Shown one piece after another: positions 26,873 to 26,996 of a stretch of DNA of 26,996 nucleotides (position 1 is its first letter; the number at the start of each line of letters is the position of its first letter). The notes under the pieces were generated by a model. That model made no database searches. It was not told the origin of the DNA and saw only the letters and a program-made list of their open reading frames with translations. The DNA comes from a virus (lineage: Duplodnaviria > Caudoviricetes), in IMG/VR virus record IMGVR_UViG_3300020042_008720, positions 1 to 26,996 of that record. One strand, 5' to 3'. The position numbers and the translations under genes were made by a program.

Positions 26873-26920
26873 TATAAATATAACAGATATATTAACCTCC
26901 CAACTTTAATTAATAGGCAG

Positions 26921-26928
26921 ATATTTAT
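26921..26928 (+). promoter_or_regulatory. ATATTTAT candidate phage promoter
   Basis: Motif 6 nt upstream of ATG 26935. Confidence 0.55.
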
Positions 26929-26934
26929 ATTCAT

Positions 26935-26996
26935 ATGATCAAGCTTAAAGATATATTGAATGAAGTGATCTCAGAAATGGGATCAACAAACGATTG
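26935..26996 (+). CDS. Partial ORF with N-terminal MIKL..IL.E tag (runs off the window)
   Basis: ATG 26935 translates MIKLKDILNEVISEMGSTND; preceded by ATATTTAT. Confidence 0.75.
   Translation, partial: MIKLKDILNEVISEMGSTND

Noticed and set aside
1-26996. Stop-codon reassignment
   Set aside because: Genes tile densely under the standard code, and TAA, TAG and TGA all terminate genes at sensible boundaries.

Overview
AT-rich segment of a large contractile-tailed (myovirus-like, distantly T4-like) phage genome, arranged as two divergent, tightly packed gene blocks. The leftward block (1-17762, - strand) holds baseplate/tail-tip genes (gp6/J-like wedge, gp25-like, gpI/gp7-like, gp5-like hub/spike halves, fibre-like proteins including an ORF missing from the track with a PA14-like domain and a Thr-rich stalk), preceded by a gp55-like sigma factor, an HD hydrolase and a glutaredoxin-like protein. 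The rightward block (18120-end, + strand) holds DNA primase, a PD-(D/E)xK nuclease and accessory genes (P-loop kinase, HxGH nucleotidyltransferase, zincin-HAD fusion, ferritin-like, ATE/Bpt-like). Best leads: (1) a shared 10-residue N-terminal tag MIKLx(D/Q)(L/I)LxE on four unrelated proteins, resembling a capsid-targeting, protease-cleaved signal for virion-packaged cargo; (2) a ~265-nt structured non-coding element between the two blocks; (3) an ATATTTAT motif just upstream of seven starts, a candidate promoter for the phage sigma factor. All family calls come from motif recognition by eye; no searches were run.
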